Notes under the pieces: generated by a model
The model's database searches: none
Told to the model about the DNA's origin: nothing
Seen by the model: the letters and a program-made list of their open reading frames with translations, nothing else
Position numbers and translations under genes: made by a program
Source of the DNA: a virus
Taxonomy: Duplodnaviria > Caudoviricetes
Length of the DNA stretch: 35,343 nt
Virus record (IMG/VR): IMGVR_UViG_3300030118_003426
Span: 1 to 35,343 of that record
Strand: one strand, 5' to 3'
Part shown: one piece after another, positions 1 through 8,434 of the stretch
How positions within the stretch are numbered: position 1 is the first letter of the stretch
How the letters are laid out: each line of letters begins with the position of its first letter

Positions 1-362
1 TGTGAGATAGCTCGCTCCACAGGATCTCGTAAGAGGACAATGAGCCGTGCATCGGGTACATTATCATATATTCTCTCAGGTGCAAGTTTATGAAATAGAT
101 AAAAAGGTGTCACTTCACCACGCAGCTGTGAAGGATGTGCTTGTAAGAAATGTTCCTGATACCAAGATAAAGGTTTATCATAATTGATACTAAAATAATG
201 TATCTCTTTTGGTGTACTAAGAAACATTCCTGAATGTCTGCGCAGTAGATGATACAAACTCGTTGTACCACCCCTTTGCGCACCAATGACCAAAAAATGT
301 GGTAAGTCTTTACTTGTAATATTTACCAGAATGACCAGATCCTCCACAGCTGTTACAGACAT
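1..362 (-). CDS. Sulfotransferase (P-loop, PAPS-dependent), truncated by the window edge
   Basis: Not in the ORF track. Hand translation from ATG 362: MSVTAVEDLVILVNITSKDLPHFLVIGAQRGGTTSLYHLLRRH...KEIHYF...GEVTPFY...ARLIVLLRDPVERAIS. Contains the 5'-PSB motif (GAQRGGTTSL) and the 3'-PB motif (LRDPVERAIS). Confidence 0.9.
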   Translation of the reverse strand, partial: MSVTAVEDLVILVNITSKDLPHFLVIGAQRGGTTSLYHLLRRHSGMFLSTPKEIHYFSINYDKPLSWYQEHFLQAHPSQLRGEVTPFYLFHKLAPERIYDNVPDARLIVLLRDPVERAIS

Positions 363-468
363 AAGTTGTGTTTATGTCCTTGTCTGCAAGTCTTGGTTTG
401 GTAAAACCATTTCCGTGACACTCCTCACATATTTCGTATATAGGCATTCTTCTTTCCTCAGTTTGCAT
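310..468 (-). CDS. Small DnaJ-type zinc-finger protein (52 aa)
   Basis: Not in the ORF track. MQTEERRMPIYEICEECHGNGFTKPRLADKDINTTYVCNSCGGSGHSGKYYK has two CxxCxGxG motifs. The start is coupled to the upstream stop (TAATG) and preceded by AAGGAG. Confidence 0.8.
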   Translation of the reverse strand: MQTEERRMPIYEICEECHGNGFTKPRLADKDINTTYVCNSCGGSGHSGKYYK

Positions 469-671
469 TACTTCTCCTTCGTTGTGCATTGTTGTTGATA
501 TTTCGTGTAACCAAGTATAGTGATTGATGCATCTTTTGGGTCAGGTTTTGACCACCCTTTATCAACCCATACACAGGTATATTGTCTTTCGTTGTTTTTT
601 CGTTGTACAAAAAAATCTGCATTACTCCAAGTATACAGATTAATTGCTAACCCTATTATTAATGTTTCCAT
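468..671 (-). CDS. Hypothetical protein with hydrophobic N-terminus
   Basis: 67 aa ORF, GGAG upstream, overlaps neighbours in operon fashion. Confidence 0.65.
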   Translation of the reverse strand: METLIIGLAINLYTWSNADFFVQRKNNERQYTCVWVDKGWSKPDPKDASITILGYTKYQQQCTTKEK

Positions 672-966
672 CTTTGCTCCTTTTTTGTAGTTTTTTTTTC
701 TTAAATAATGGTTTTAAAGTGTATTGAGCTACTAATTCAATATCAAACTCCTGTATGATTCTAGAATTTTTGAAACCCTTACGCACTGTGTTACTGTTAA
801 AATTTAAACAGATGTACCCAAGAACTTCCTTTTTCATTACTGTTCTTGTCTCTGACATAATTTCGTCAGCAACATCACAGTCTCTTACTCTACCAATGTA
901 ATGTTCTCTGTAGTCACCTGTTCCTGTGACTGTAAGTAAAAATAAATATATACTAGGCAATATCAT
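640..966 (-). CDS. Hypothetical protein
   Basis: 108 aa ORF with an ATGA overlap with the upstream gene; hydrophobic N-terminus. Confidence 0.6.
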   Translation of the reverse strand: MILPSIYLFLLTVTGTGDYREHYIGRVRDCDVADEIMSETRTVMKKEVLGYICLNFNSNTVRKGFKNSRIIQEFDIELVAQYTLKPLFKKKKLQKRSKDGNINNRVSN

Positions 967-1205
967 TTTACTTCCTTACAAAAAATATAATGATGATCTT
1001 TCCAAACGTGACAAGGTTGAACGTGTAACGCTTTCATTTTGTGACCGGCAAACTCAAACTCAGAGTCTTGTGTCACACCACACCTAATTGGTGCTGAAAT
1101 GTGTATACCTTTTCCATAATCATCGTGCTGCATAAAGTCATCACGATATGCAGTGGCATAATTTTTTGTAGTTTTAAACAATAGAAATTGTGCCCACCTA
1201 CTCAT
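963..1205 (-). CDS. Hypothetical protein
   Basis: Likely start at ATG 1205 (MSRWAQF), which overlaps the upstream stop; His/Cys-rich C-terminus. Confidence 0.6.
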   Translation of the reverse strand: MSRWAQFLLFKTTKNYATAYRDDFMQHDDYGKGIHISAPIRCGVTQDSEFEFAGHKMKALHVQPCHVWKDHHYIFCKEVK

Positions 1206-1398
1206 ATTGAGCACCTAGAACTTTTTCTTTGTACTTATCTACACTTAGTTTTTCTTTTTTTGATTGGTAGTCCACATATTCGTGTACTAATTTTATCAAA
1301 AATAAATTGGGAGTACGATGTTTCATTTTCGCAAGAGCTTTTATTAATTCAAGATCTTCCGAACGAACAGCAATACTTTTCCATTTTTTAGCGTCCAT
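1198..1398 (-). CDS. Ribbon-helix-helix (Arc/MetJ-like) DNA-binding protein, 66 aa
   Basis: Start moved to ATG 1398 because GAAAGGA lies just upstream. KWKSIAVRSEDLELIKALAKMKHRTPNLFLIKLVHEY fits a beta-strand-helix-helix pattern. Confidence 0.65.
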   Translation of the reverse strand: MDAKKWKSIAVRSEDLELIKALAKMKHRTPNLFLIKLVHEYVDYQSKKEKLSVDKYKEKVLGAQYE

Positions 1399-1417
1399 AA
1401 TGGTCCTTTCGTTAAAG

Positions 1418-2266
1418 TTAATCGTGACAAAAACAGGTGTCAGTTGCTGAGTCAAACTCAAACAATTCCATCTGGTCTTGCGTGTTTTTAAGTAACTTGG
1501 CATAACTCGGTCTGTCTTTTCTAAAGTATGCAGCTCTGTCATTACCTGTACCTAAATTCTTAGTTTCTTGTTTGATCCACCACTCTGCTAGTTTTGGATC
1601 AGACTTCATAATATTTCTAATTGTGTTAGCACCTTTTAAAAAACACAAATCACAGTTGCCCTGCGGAGTCTTGCCGCCAATGTTCGGCAGCTTCAAATCA
1701 AATGTGTTCTCACTCCAAAACTTAAATACATCTTGCACTGTTTTTCGTGCTGCGTGTAGAGGAGCTTCAGTGTCCCATCGTTCTTTTTTGTTTCTGTTAG
1801 ATAGTCTAGCAACTCTATGAGGTTCATCATACCGCAACCCTACATAACTGTTCCAATACTCAAACCCTTTCCAAAACATACAGTAAGCACGCATTGGTTT
1901 TATCTTTAGGTAAGATGTACAGTATCTTGTTACAGGATTTGGTAAAAATCTTTTACTATCAATAAGTTCTTCATAAGGTCTACCATCTCGTGAGGCTGTC
2001 TCATAATCAACCACTCTAATTTTGTGTTCTTCATTGTTATCCCATTCAACCCAAACTATTGGAACATCCCAATTTGTCGAACAAGCGTGTACAAAGTCAA
2101 GTGTTTGTGGCATTTCTTTACCTGTGTTTGCAAATACCACAGGCAAATCGTCTGGCAGCTTACCATCATATGCTTCTAATATATGATACAACATATAGCC
2201 AGATGTTCTGCCTCCAGAAAAATTGATGACACCAGGTGTCTCTAGTAAGAAATGATTATTGCTCAT
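1418..2266 (-). CDS. PAPS-reductase-family (PP-loop adenine nucleotide alpha-hydrolase) protein
   Basis: Motifs INFSGGRTSG, FANTGKE, RYCTSYLKIKP, GLRYDEPHR, GNCDLCFLK. C-terminus is TCFCHD instead of the CysH ECGLH. Confidence 0.85.
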   Translation of the reverse strand: MSNNHFLLETPGVINFSGGRTSGYMLYHILEAYDGKLPDDLPVVFANTGKEMPQTLDFVHACSTNWDVPIVWVEWDNNEEHKIRVVDYETASRDGRPYEELIDSKRFLPNPVTRYCTSYLKIKPMRAYCMFWKGFEYWNSYVGLRYDEPHRVARLSNRNKKERWDTEAPLHAARKTVQDVFKFWSENTFDLKLPNIGGKTPQGNCDLCFLKGANTIRNIMKSDPKLAEWWIKQETKNLGTGNDRAAYFRKDRPSYAKLLKNTQDQMELFEFDSATDTCFCHD

Positions 2267-2489
2267 ATAAATTTTGTAGTTGCTCCCTTGATTCTAACTC
2301 ATCATTAATCAAATGTCTCGAGTCTTCTGTGTCATAACCAAGATATTTGAGTTCTGCGATGTATTTATCTATATCGTTTGTGTTTCTTATATCAGTTCCA
2401 TCATAATCAGTTGCCGGAATGGCAGCCAATATTTTGTCAACCTTCTCAACTTTATTTCTAAAGTATTGTGATTTGGATTTTAAAAACAT
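2256..2489 (-). CDS. Hypothetical protein
   Basis: 77 aa ORF with GAAAGGT upstream; first gene after the leftward promoter. Confidence 0.7.
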   Translation of the reverse strand: MFLKSKSQYFRNKVEKVDKILAAIPATDYDGTDIRNTNDIDKYIAELKYLGYDTEDSRHLINDELESREQLQNLYEQ

Positions 2490-2521
2490 AATTTACCTTT
2501 CTTGTTAGATATTTCGTCTAA

Positions 2522-2581
2522 ATTATAGGATCTTATACTATATGTCAAGCATATTGACAAAAAGCCTGTATTTTGTACAAT
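2522..2581. promoter_or_regulatory. Back-to-back sigma70-type promoters with an operator-like palindrome
   Basis: Minus: TTGACA (2548-2543), 15 nt, TATAAT (2527-2522). Plus: TTGACA (2554-2559), 16 nt, TACAAT (2576-2581). Near-palindrome TATAGGATCTTATA at 2524-2537. Confidence 0.7.
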
Positions 2582-2587
2582 ATTATT

Positions 2588-2728
2588 ATGATAAACATAT
2601 TGCAAAAGAAGGTGGAGCTTGAGCATCTTTGGACTAAGAAGTACAAAGAACGTGGTGTTTATACAACAGATATGGTTCCGCTTACAAATGAAATAAAAAA
2701 GCTGACTAGAAAACTAATAGTTAAGTAG
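2588..2728 (+). CDS. Small basic protein (46 aa), probably leaderless
   Basis: Not in the ORF track. MINILQKKVELEHLWTKKYKERGVYTTDMVPLTNEIKKLTRKLIVK. ATG lies 6 nt after TACAAT; the ORF fills the gap and overlaps the polA stop convergently. Confidence 0.6.
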   Translation: MINILQKKVELEHLWTKKYKERGVYTTDMVPLTNEIKKLTRKLIVK

Positions 2729-4592
2729 CGATACCAAAGTCAGCACCAGTGACTGAGTCAACAACACTGGGAACTTTCAGTTCTATACAGTCTTGCATTA
2801 TTGTCTTTATTTTTTTTACCTGCTCTTCATTTTGAATGTTAAAACATAATTCATCGTGTATCTGTAGTAGTGGTGTGAAACCCTCTTGATGACAAGAAAC
2901 AATTGCCTGTTTTGTTTGATCTGCAGCTGAACCCTGTATCAATCTATTCAAGGCTTTATAAGTAAAAGCTCTTTTTATGTTTGCAGATCCGTATTTAGCT
3001 GATGCATTCTCAAACTTTTCTGGAGTATGTATACCAAAATCTTTTGGCTCCCACATATTAAACCTACATTTTCTACCTAGCTTAGTTCTTATTACACCCT
3101 CACTATTTGCTTTCTGCATACATCTATCAGACAACAATTTTACAAAAGGTGCTTTTGTATTGTATTTATTAATTAACTCCTGTGCCTTCTCAAAACTGAC
3201 ACCTAACATATTGGCTAGCTTATTTTTACCCATACCATACATTAAACCTAAGCCTATTGTCTTTGCTTGTTTACGATCTATACCAACCAAATCTGCCACA
3301 GTCTGGTGAAAGTCTGCGTCAGCATTAGAATAAGCCTCGACAAGCTCATTTGAACCCTCATATCCCTCACCTATACTAGAAGCATAGTGAACCACTAGCC
3401 GTGGTTCCTGTTGCGAATAGTCAAAGCTACCCCACATACAGTCAGGCTCCGGTAAGAACAAACCTCTTATCAAGGGGCCAAACTCTTTATTACGAGCGGG
3501 TAATTGTTGTAAGTTAGGATTGCTCATAGATAGACGACCTGATACTGTGCCGCCTGAATCAGACCGCAGCTGATTTATTTCTCCGTGTATGCGACCATTA
3601 TATTCGTATTTCATAATAGAATTAAGAAAAGTATTATGAAATTTATTTATCTCCCTTGCGTTTACAATGTACTTTGTAATAGGATGCTCACTGTTTACCA
3701 ACCAATTTTGTGTAAAACTTGGCTCACCAGACTTTGGTGTTTTAGGATATTCAATACCAAGTTTATCAAAAACAAAACCTATTTGTCTTGCATTCCATAT
3801 ATCTAAATCTTTGCCTGTAAGTTTTTTTATCTCGTGCAATAGATGTTTCTCTCTTACTATAAAGTCATCACGAAGTTTCTCAGCTTTCTCTTTGTCAACT
3901 CTAATACCTTTTCTTCTCATCTCAATTAAAATAGGTAGAAGGTTCCTCTCAAGATTCCAAACAGTCTGTAAATTTTGTGTACTTATCTCGTGTTTGAAAC
4001 GCTGCCACAAAAGGTACGTGAGCCGTGCATCTTGTTCTGCATAATATCCGACGTGTTCAGCTGGCAACTTCCACATCTCCATCTTAGGGTCTACCCCGTG
4101 TGCCTTAGCTGCTTCAACCAAATCAGTTTCTGCCTTCAGCTCACCTATGTAATCCTTAGCAAGCGCGTTTAATTTATAAGTGTATCTGTTCTCATCAATC
4201 AAAGCACCAGCTATCATAGTATCAACAATTTCACCATTGACATCGATGCCGTAAGCTTTTAACCAGCCTACATCATACTGCGCATTGTGAAAGATTTTAC
4301 GGCAAGGCAACTTACACACATCGTGCATATATTTAATAACTTGTTCTTTAATAAGATTACCGCCACCAAAATGACCAAAAGGGTAGTATGCTTGAAACCC
4401 CTCTGTCGCTACAGCAAACCCAATAATCTCACCACGACCTGTAGCCCACCCAGCCCCTAGACCTTTGGTAATACCATCATCTCTAGTTTCTAAATCTATA
4501 GCAATCTCTTGAGCATCGCTTAAATCTTTGTACTCTAGTGGAGAAGACCATATGTGTTTCTTGAAATTAAATGTAAGCTGTAAGCTAGTCAT
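2721..4592 (-). CDS. polA: Family A DNA polymerase with 3'-5' exonuclease domain
   Basis: Exonuclease motifs DLET, FHNAQYD, YAEQD; polymerase motifs SGRLSMSNPNLQQLP, DYSQQEPR (A), RKQAKTIGLGLMYG (B), LQIHDEL (C). Confidence 0.97.
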   Translation of the reverse strand: MTSLQLTFNFKKHIWSSPLEYKDLSDAQEIAIDLETRDDGITKGLGAGWATGRGEIIGFAVATEGFQAYYPFGHFGGGNLIKEQVIKYMHDVCKLPCRKIFHNAQYDVGWLKAYGIDVNGEIVDTMIAGALIDENRYTYKLNALAKDYIGELKAETDLVEAAKAHGVDPKMEMWKLPAEHVGYYAEQDARLTYLLWQRFKHEISTQNLQTVWNLERNLLPILIEMRRKGIRVDKEKAEKLRDDFIVREKHLLHEIKKLTGKDLDIWNARQIGFVFDKLGIEYPKTPKSGEPSFTQNWLVNSEHPITKYIVNAREINKFHNTFLNSIMKYEYNGRIHGEINQLRSDSGGTVSGRLSMSNPNLQQLPARNKEFGPLIRGLFLPEPDCMWGSFDYSQQEPRLVVHYASSIGEGYEGSNELVEAYSNADADFHQTVADLVGIDRKQAKTIGLGLMYGMGKNKLANMLGVSFEKAQELINKYNTKAPFVKLLSDRCMQKANSEGVIRTKLGRKCRFNMWEPKDFGIHTPEKFENASAKYGSANIKRAFTYKALNRLIQGSAADQTKQAIVSCHQEGFTPLLQIHDELCFNIQNEEQVKKIKTIMQDCIELKVPSVVDSVTGADFGIAT

Positions 4593-4797
4593 CTTTGTAA
4601 TCTCTTTCTATTATCATATCTATATAGTGTTTGGCTTTTAACAAGTCTTCTTTACCACCCTTGCCTTTGTGACGACATATGTATTTTATAACATTACCCT
4701 CAGCAAAAAGTATTTTGTTTGCGTTTATAAATTGTGATGGCTGTATGTTAAATACTGTGTAGTATTGACCACCTCTATCCCATAGATCTTTTTTCAT
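4585..4797 (-). CDS. DUF3310 (SaV-like / T7 gp1.7 nucleotide-kinase-like) protein
   Basis: GGQYY...IQP...FAEGNVIKYICRHKGKGGKEDLLKAKHYID matches the family pattern. Confidence 0.85.
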   Translation of the reverse strand: MKKDLWDRGGQYYTVFNIQPSQFINANKILFAEGNVIKYICRHKGKGGKEDLLKAKHYIDMIIERDYKDD

Positions 4798-5296
4798 TTA
4801 GAAAATCCTTTTTGATTTCTTGCAATAAATCAGTGTAAGTTAATTTGTTTTTATCTTCCTCAAACTCTATTGTTAGCATCATTCGTATGCCATTGTAGTT
4901 TACAACCATATGTTCTTTTTGATTGTTGAATATAAATCTGCTGCCAGGATAATACTGCAGCTCTACAATTGAATGACTCACATCATTGTATTCTCTGAAA
5001 AATGTATATGAAGTGTTAGGTGTCATAATTAAAGAGTTGATGCACACACCTCTTGTAGAGTCTCTATGCCAATTGTAAATTGTTTGATCCTCCATCTTTA
5101 GAACACCAGCTTTGTATTTATGCCTACCATACAACCAAATGTAAAAGTCATCCATAAGAAGAATGTCAAGTGGTATTGGCGTAGCTGTAAAGTTAAAGTA
5201 TTTAATCCACTGCGTGTCAGGGTTAAATATTATATTGTGCAAAGCAGGACTGTAAAATTGTCCTACAGGTAGTTCTTCGAAATAAGGACTGGTCAT
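4775..5296 (-). CDS. DSBH/cupin-fold protein, putative Fe(II) oxygenase
   Basis: YNWHRD (HxD), then NNQKEHMVVN (distal His), then RMMLTI (Arg). Confidence 0.6.
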   Translation of the reverse strand: MTSPYFEELPVGQFYSPALHNIIFNPDTQWIKYFNFTATPIPLDILLMDDFYIWLYGRHKYKAGVLKMEDQTIYNWHRDSTRGVCINSLIMTPNTSYTFFREYNDVSHSIVELQYYPGSRFIFNNQKEHMVVNYNGIRMMLTIEFEEDKNKLTYTDLLQEIKKDFLNEKRSMG

Positions 5297-6927
5297 TGTC
5301 TCTCCTGTATGTAAACCAAGTAATCCATACCTATTGGATAATTATATTTATAGTCCGTGGACAATATATGTAAAGTATTTTTTGCTCGTGTAACACCCGT
5401 ATAGTATACACGTTTTTCATCAGCTTGTTCACTTGTATTTTTATTACTAAAAGCAGAAGGCCAATTAGCTTTGGAGTATATGATAACATTGTCTGCCTCA
5501 CCACCCTTAACAGAATGTATTGTATCTATAACAATCTGAGGATCCTCATTCAATTGTTTTTGACCATATCGTTTTAATAATCTTATAAAATATGTAACTT
5601 GTTCTGGTTTGAAATTTCTCTGCAATATCTCCCACCAAGGTTTATTGATGGCTTCGTCAGGTAGATCTAAACCACACCATTCTTTTAAACCCTTGAAGTC
5701 ATACTCTTGATAATCAGGCAAATCACTCCAAAACTTATCACGTCTGTAACTTAAGTCTTTGAGTTGACGAATGTATTTATACATCGTTTCAGCTCTTTTT
5801 TTGTCAATCTTTTTACCTTTGGTAATTGACGTCCAAGCTCGTATGGCCGTCCATTGTGAGCTGTCAAACGATCTTGTTCCTTTGGTATCTCCATAATATA
5901 AACCTGCATCTTTAGCACACATTCTCAGTTCGTTTACTGTTGTGTTGACTCTACCTAATATATACCAAGTGCCTGGTAATTTTCCAATGGGTATCTCATT
6001 AAAGTTCAAATATCTTTTTACAGCACCTGACTTGTTCAACGCTTGATAATCTTTTTCAACGCTATCGATTATGCCCCTGCGTATGATCTGAGAAAAATGA
6101 TGTATAGCCTCACCAAACCTACGAGTCTTTCTTAGTATTACATTTCTACCCGGAAAGTAAGTGGTAAAATATTTAGGGTCTGCTCCGTTCCATTTATATA
6201 TACCTTGGTCATCGTCACCAGCTAAGTACACACGTTTAGCGTTTGATGACATCTTGTAAATAACAGACCATTGCAAAGGTGTGAAGTCCTGAGCTTCGTC
6301 TAATATCAACACTTCTAGCTCGGGAAAATTTACTTCATCAATAGCTCTTTCAATCATATCAGTAAAGTCTATGAAAGATTCTTTTTTGTAATGTTCGTAA
6401 GTATCTATCTTTCTTAAAAAAATATCTAAGTTATCTCTCTTGTACGATTCTTTTTTATAAACCAATCTAGGGTCTTGCAGCATATTTCTAGCTTTATCGT
6501 AGATACCCAATGACCAATCTTTATATGTAAAATTGTCATCAGAGAGACGCGCGTCAGATGTTTTTATAATTCTAGCTTGTAAAGCATAGTCCAACATACA
6601 GTTCTTTGGATCGAAAACCTCCTCCTCAAAGTAACGACGACAATACTTGTGTAGCGTTTTAAACCTTTGAAAGTCATCAAGACTGTACTGTGTAAAAGCA
6701 GATAAAGCTCTGTCTCTTGCAGTATCAACAGCTTTGTTCGTGAACGATATGAATGCTATATCTTTAGGATGCACACCTTTATTTAGATATCCCTTCAAAA
6801 CTCTTTCAATCAATGTATAGGTTTTACCTGTTCCAGGCGGACCAAATATCTTAATTGTTTTCTTGAATATCTTTTTGTGCTTGTGGAGATCTGAATTTGT
6901 TTGTGTGGTAGTCATCGTCCATTTCAC
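5293..6927 (-). CDS. Superfamily 1 (UvrD/Rep-like) DNA helicase
   Basis: FGPPGTGKT, LDEAQD, GDDDQGIY, TIHSVKGGE, YYTGVTRAK. Exact start uncertain. Confidence 0.93.
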   Translation of the reverse strand: MKWTMTTTQTNSDLHKHKKIFKKTIKIFGPPGTGKTYTLIERVLKGYLNKGVHPKDIAFISFTNKAVDTARDRALSAFTQYSLDDFQRFKTLHKYCRRYFEEEVFDPKNCMLDYALQARIIKTSDARLSDDNFTYKDWSLGIYDKARNMLQDPRLVYKKESYKRDNLDIFLRKIDTYEHYKKESFIDFTDMIERAIDEVNFPELEVLILDEAQDFTPLQWSVIYKMSSNAKRVYLAGDDDQGIYKWNGADPKYFTTYFPGRNVILRKTRRFGEAIHHFSQIIRRGIIDSVEKDYQALNKSGAVKRYLNFNEIPIGKLPGTWYILGRVNTTVNELRMCAKDAGLYYGDTKGTRSFDSSQWTAIRAWTSITKGKKIDKKRAETMYKYIRQLKDLSYRRDKFWSDLPDYQEYDFKGLKEWCGLDLPDEAINKPWWEILQRNFKPEQVTYFIRLLKRYGQKQLNEDPQIVIDTIHSVKGGEADNVIIYSKANWPSAFSNKNTSEQADEKRVYYTGVTRAKNTLHILSTDYKYNYPIGMDYLVYIQERQ

Positions 6928-8434
6928 TCGTTTCTTCTTTTGGTTTTGTTTTTATTGCTTGGTGATTTACAAAGTCTGGCATTTCAACAGACCATATGTT
7001 TTTTTCACCTTCGTGGTAATCTTTTCTTTTACACCCTAATAATCTTAATGCATCTGCAGTAGTGTTGAAAGCCTTGCTGCCAGATTTTTTTAGAAATTTG
7101 TCAAGGGTAAGTTTTTTAAAATGACAGTGGTTAGATTTACTGTCTAATACCACATACCCATCTTTAAGTTTATCAAACTTATCTTGTTCTATGTGTGACT
7201 CAAAAAAGTCTTTTAACACAGAGTATCTTTCTTCTTCTAGTGTGTCAGCATACATATGTTCCAAACTCTCTTGAGCTTGGTCTACAATGCCTTTCATCAG
7301 TAATTCAAATGGACTAGGACCTTTTCTTGGTTTAGGTAGTGTCATCCAATACACTCTATGTCTAAGCAGCTTAACTCTAAATGACTTCTCATCTTTCATA
7401 TCCTCTGGTGTGACAGATATATGCTGCCCTTTAAAATCAAACTCATACCAAATGTTTTTTGTATCCTGTATGTACTTGACGTTTTCAAATTGATCTATAA
7501 TTTCTGGAACAGCCTCACCAATACCAAGACTTCTAGTCTTACAAAGATCTTTATTACATATAGCTTGATATTCAGGATGTTTAGGAGGGCATTGAAATGT
7601 ATAACCACCTTTAGATACAGACTTAGCAAGAGCAATAACTTCTGTTGAGGGTAGTGGTTCTGTAAAGATTTGATTGTTTCTATTGATTGCAATTTGTTCC
7701 AATCTTTGTACAGATATGTCAGGCTCTTTCTTTGCCTCTAACACTAATACATTAAATAAAAAATTGTTTCTGTTATTACCACTCCAACCCTCTTGTATAA
7801 GTTTTTGTACACAGGGTGGGTAGTTGCTCCATTGTGTTTCTGCTTCGTAGTCTTCTACTTTGTATTTGTAAAAGTCCTCTGGATTCATTCTTTTTTGTTC
7901 TGCTAACTCAATAAACCTACCCACTAACACAGGTGTATTGTTATCATCAAAAGCAAACTCCATTGATGCATTTACATTGTGGTATGGCATATTCACTGCT
8001 TTATTTGCAGGAAAAATTTCTTGCGCCAAAAAATACTGATTATTAATTTCTTGTAATTTAGTTGTGACTTTTTTTATATCTGCCAAATCATTAAAGAATA
8101 TAAATATATGCAGACCACCTGACTTTGATTTTACAGGTACAAATGGTAATTTATATTTTTTAATAATTTCTACATATTTCTTTTCGGAATAGTCTTTGTA
8201 ATTAGTAGGGTCAACATCAATACAGGCCCACTTACATTTATCACCAATCTCTGGTCGTAAACCTAATCTAATCTTACCATCTAGATGCAGTTTCCATAGG
8301 TCGCTGGTCACTGATTCGTGGACAGTTGTATATTGAGCAGACTTCTTCCCCCTCTCATCATCCTCCCCGGTAAGGGAGGATTTGAGATATTTAGAATTAT
8401 CGCCCTCAAAGAGTGCAAATAATTTATCGTGCAT
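6851..8434 (-). CDS. Primase (AEP/prim-pol-like N-terminus plus PriCT-1-like domain)
   Basis: WACIDVD (DxD), KSKSGGLHIF, then PPC...GNNRNNFLFN...PLPSTEV and a Cys cluster; located between SSB and helicase. Confidence 0.85.
   Translation of the reverse strand: MHDKLFALFEGDNSKYLKSSLTGEDDERGKKSAQYTTVHESVTSDLWKLHLDGKIRLGLRPEIGDKCKWACIDVDPTNYKDYSEKKYVEIIKKYKLPFVPVKSKSGGLHIFIFFNDLADIKKVTTKLQEINNQYFLAQEIFPANKAVNMPYHNVNASMEFAFDDNNTPVLVGRFIELAEQKRMNPEDFYKYKVEDYEAETQWSNYPPCVQKLIQEGWSGNNRNNFLFNVLVLEAKKEPDISVQRLEQIAINRNNQIFTEPLPSTEVIALAKSVSKGGYTFQCPPKHPEYQAICNKDLCKTRSLGIGEAVPEIIDQFENVKYIQDTKNIWYEFDFKGQHISVTPEDMKDEKSFRVKLLRHRVYWMTLPKPRKGPSPFELLMKGIVDQAQESLEHMYADTLEEERYSVLKDFFESHIEQDKFDKLKDGYVVLDSKSNHCHFKKLTLDKFLKKSGSKAFNTTADALRLLGCKRKDYHEGEKNIWSVEMPDFVNHQAIKTKPKEETSEMDDDYHTNKFRSPQAQKDIQENN

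Noticed and set aside
681-702. Poly-A tract on the minus strand as a phase-variation site
   Set aside because: A 9-nt run encoding lysines is unremarkable in AT-rich DNA and the ORF is intact.
1418-2266. Calling this gene cysH, a sulfur-assimilation auxiliary gene
   Set aside because: It lacks the C-terminal ECGLH catalytic motif; only family-level membership is supported.
6851-6927. Programmed frameshift fusing primase and helicase across the 77-nt overlap
   Set aside because: No clear slippery heptamer or stimulator, and in-frame GTG/ATG starts exist for the helicase.
2721-6927. Inteins or introns in the polymerase or helicase
   Set aside because: Lengths are compact and the conserved motifs are contiguous.
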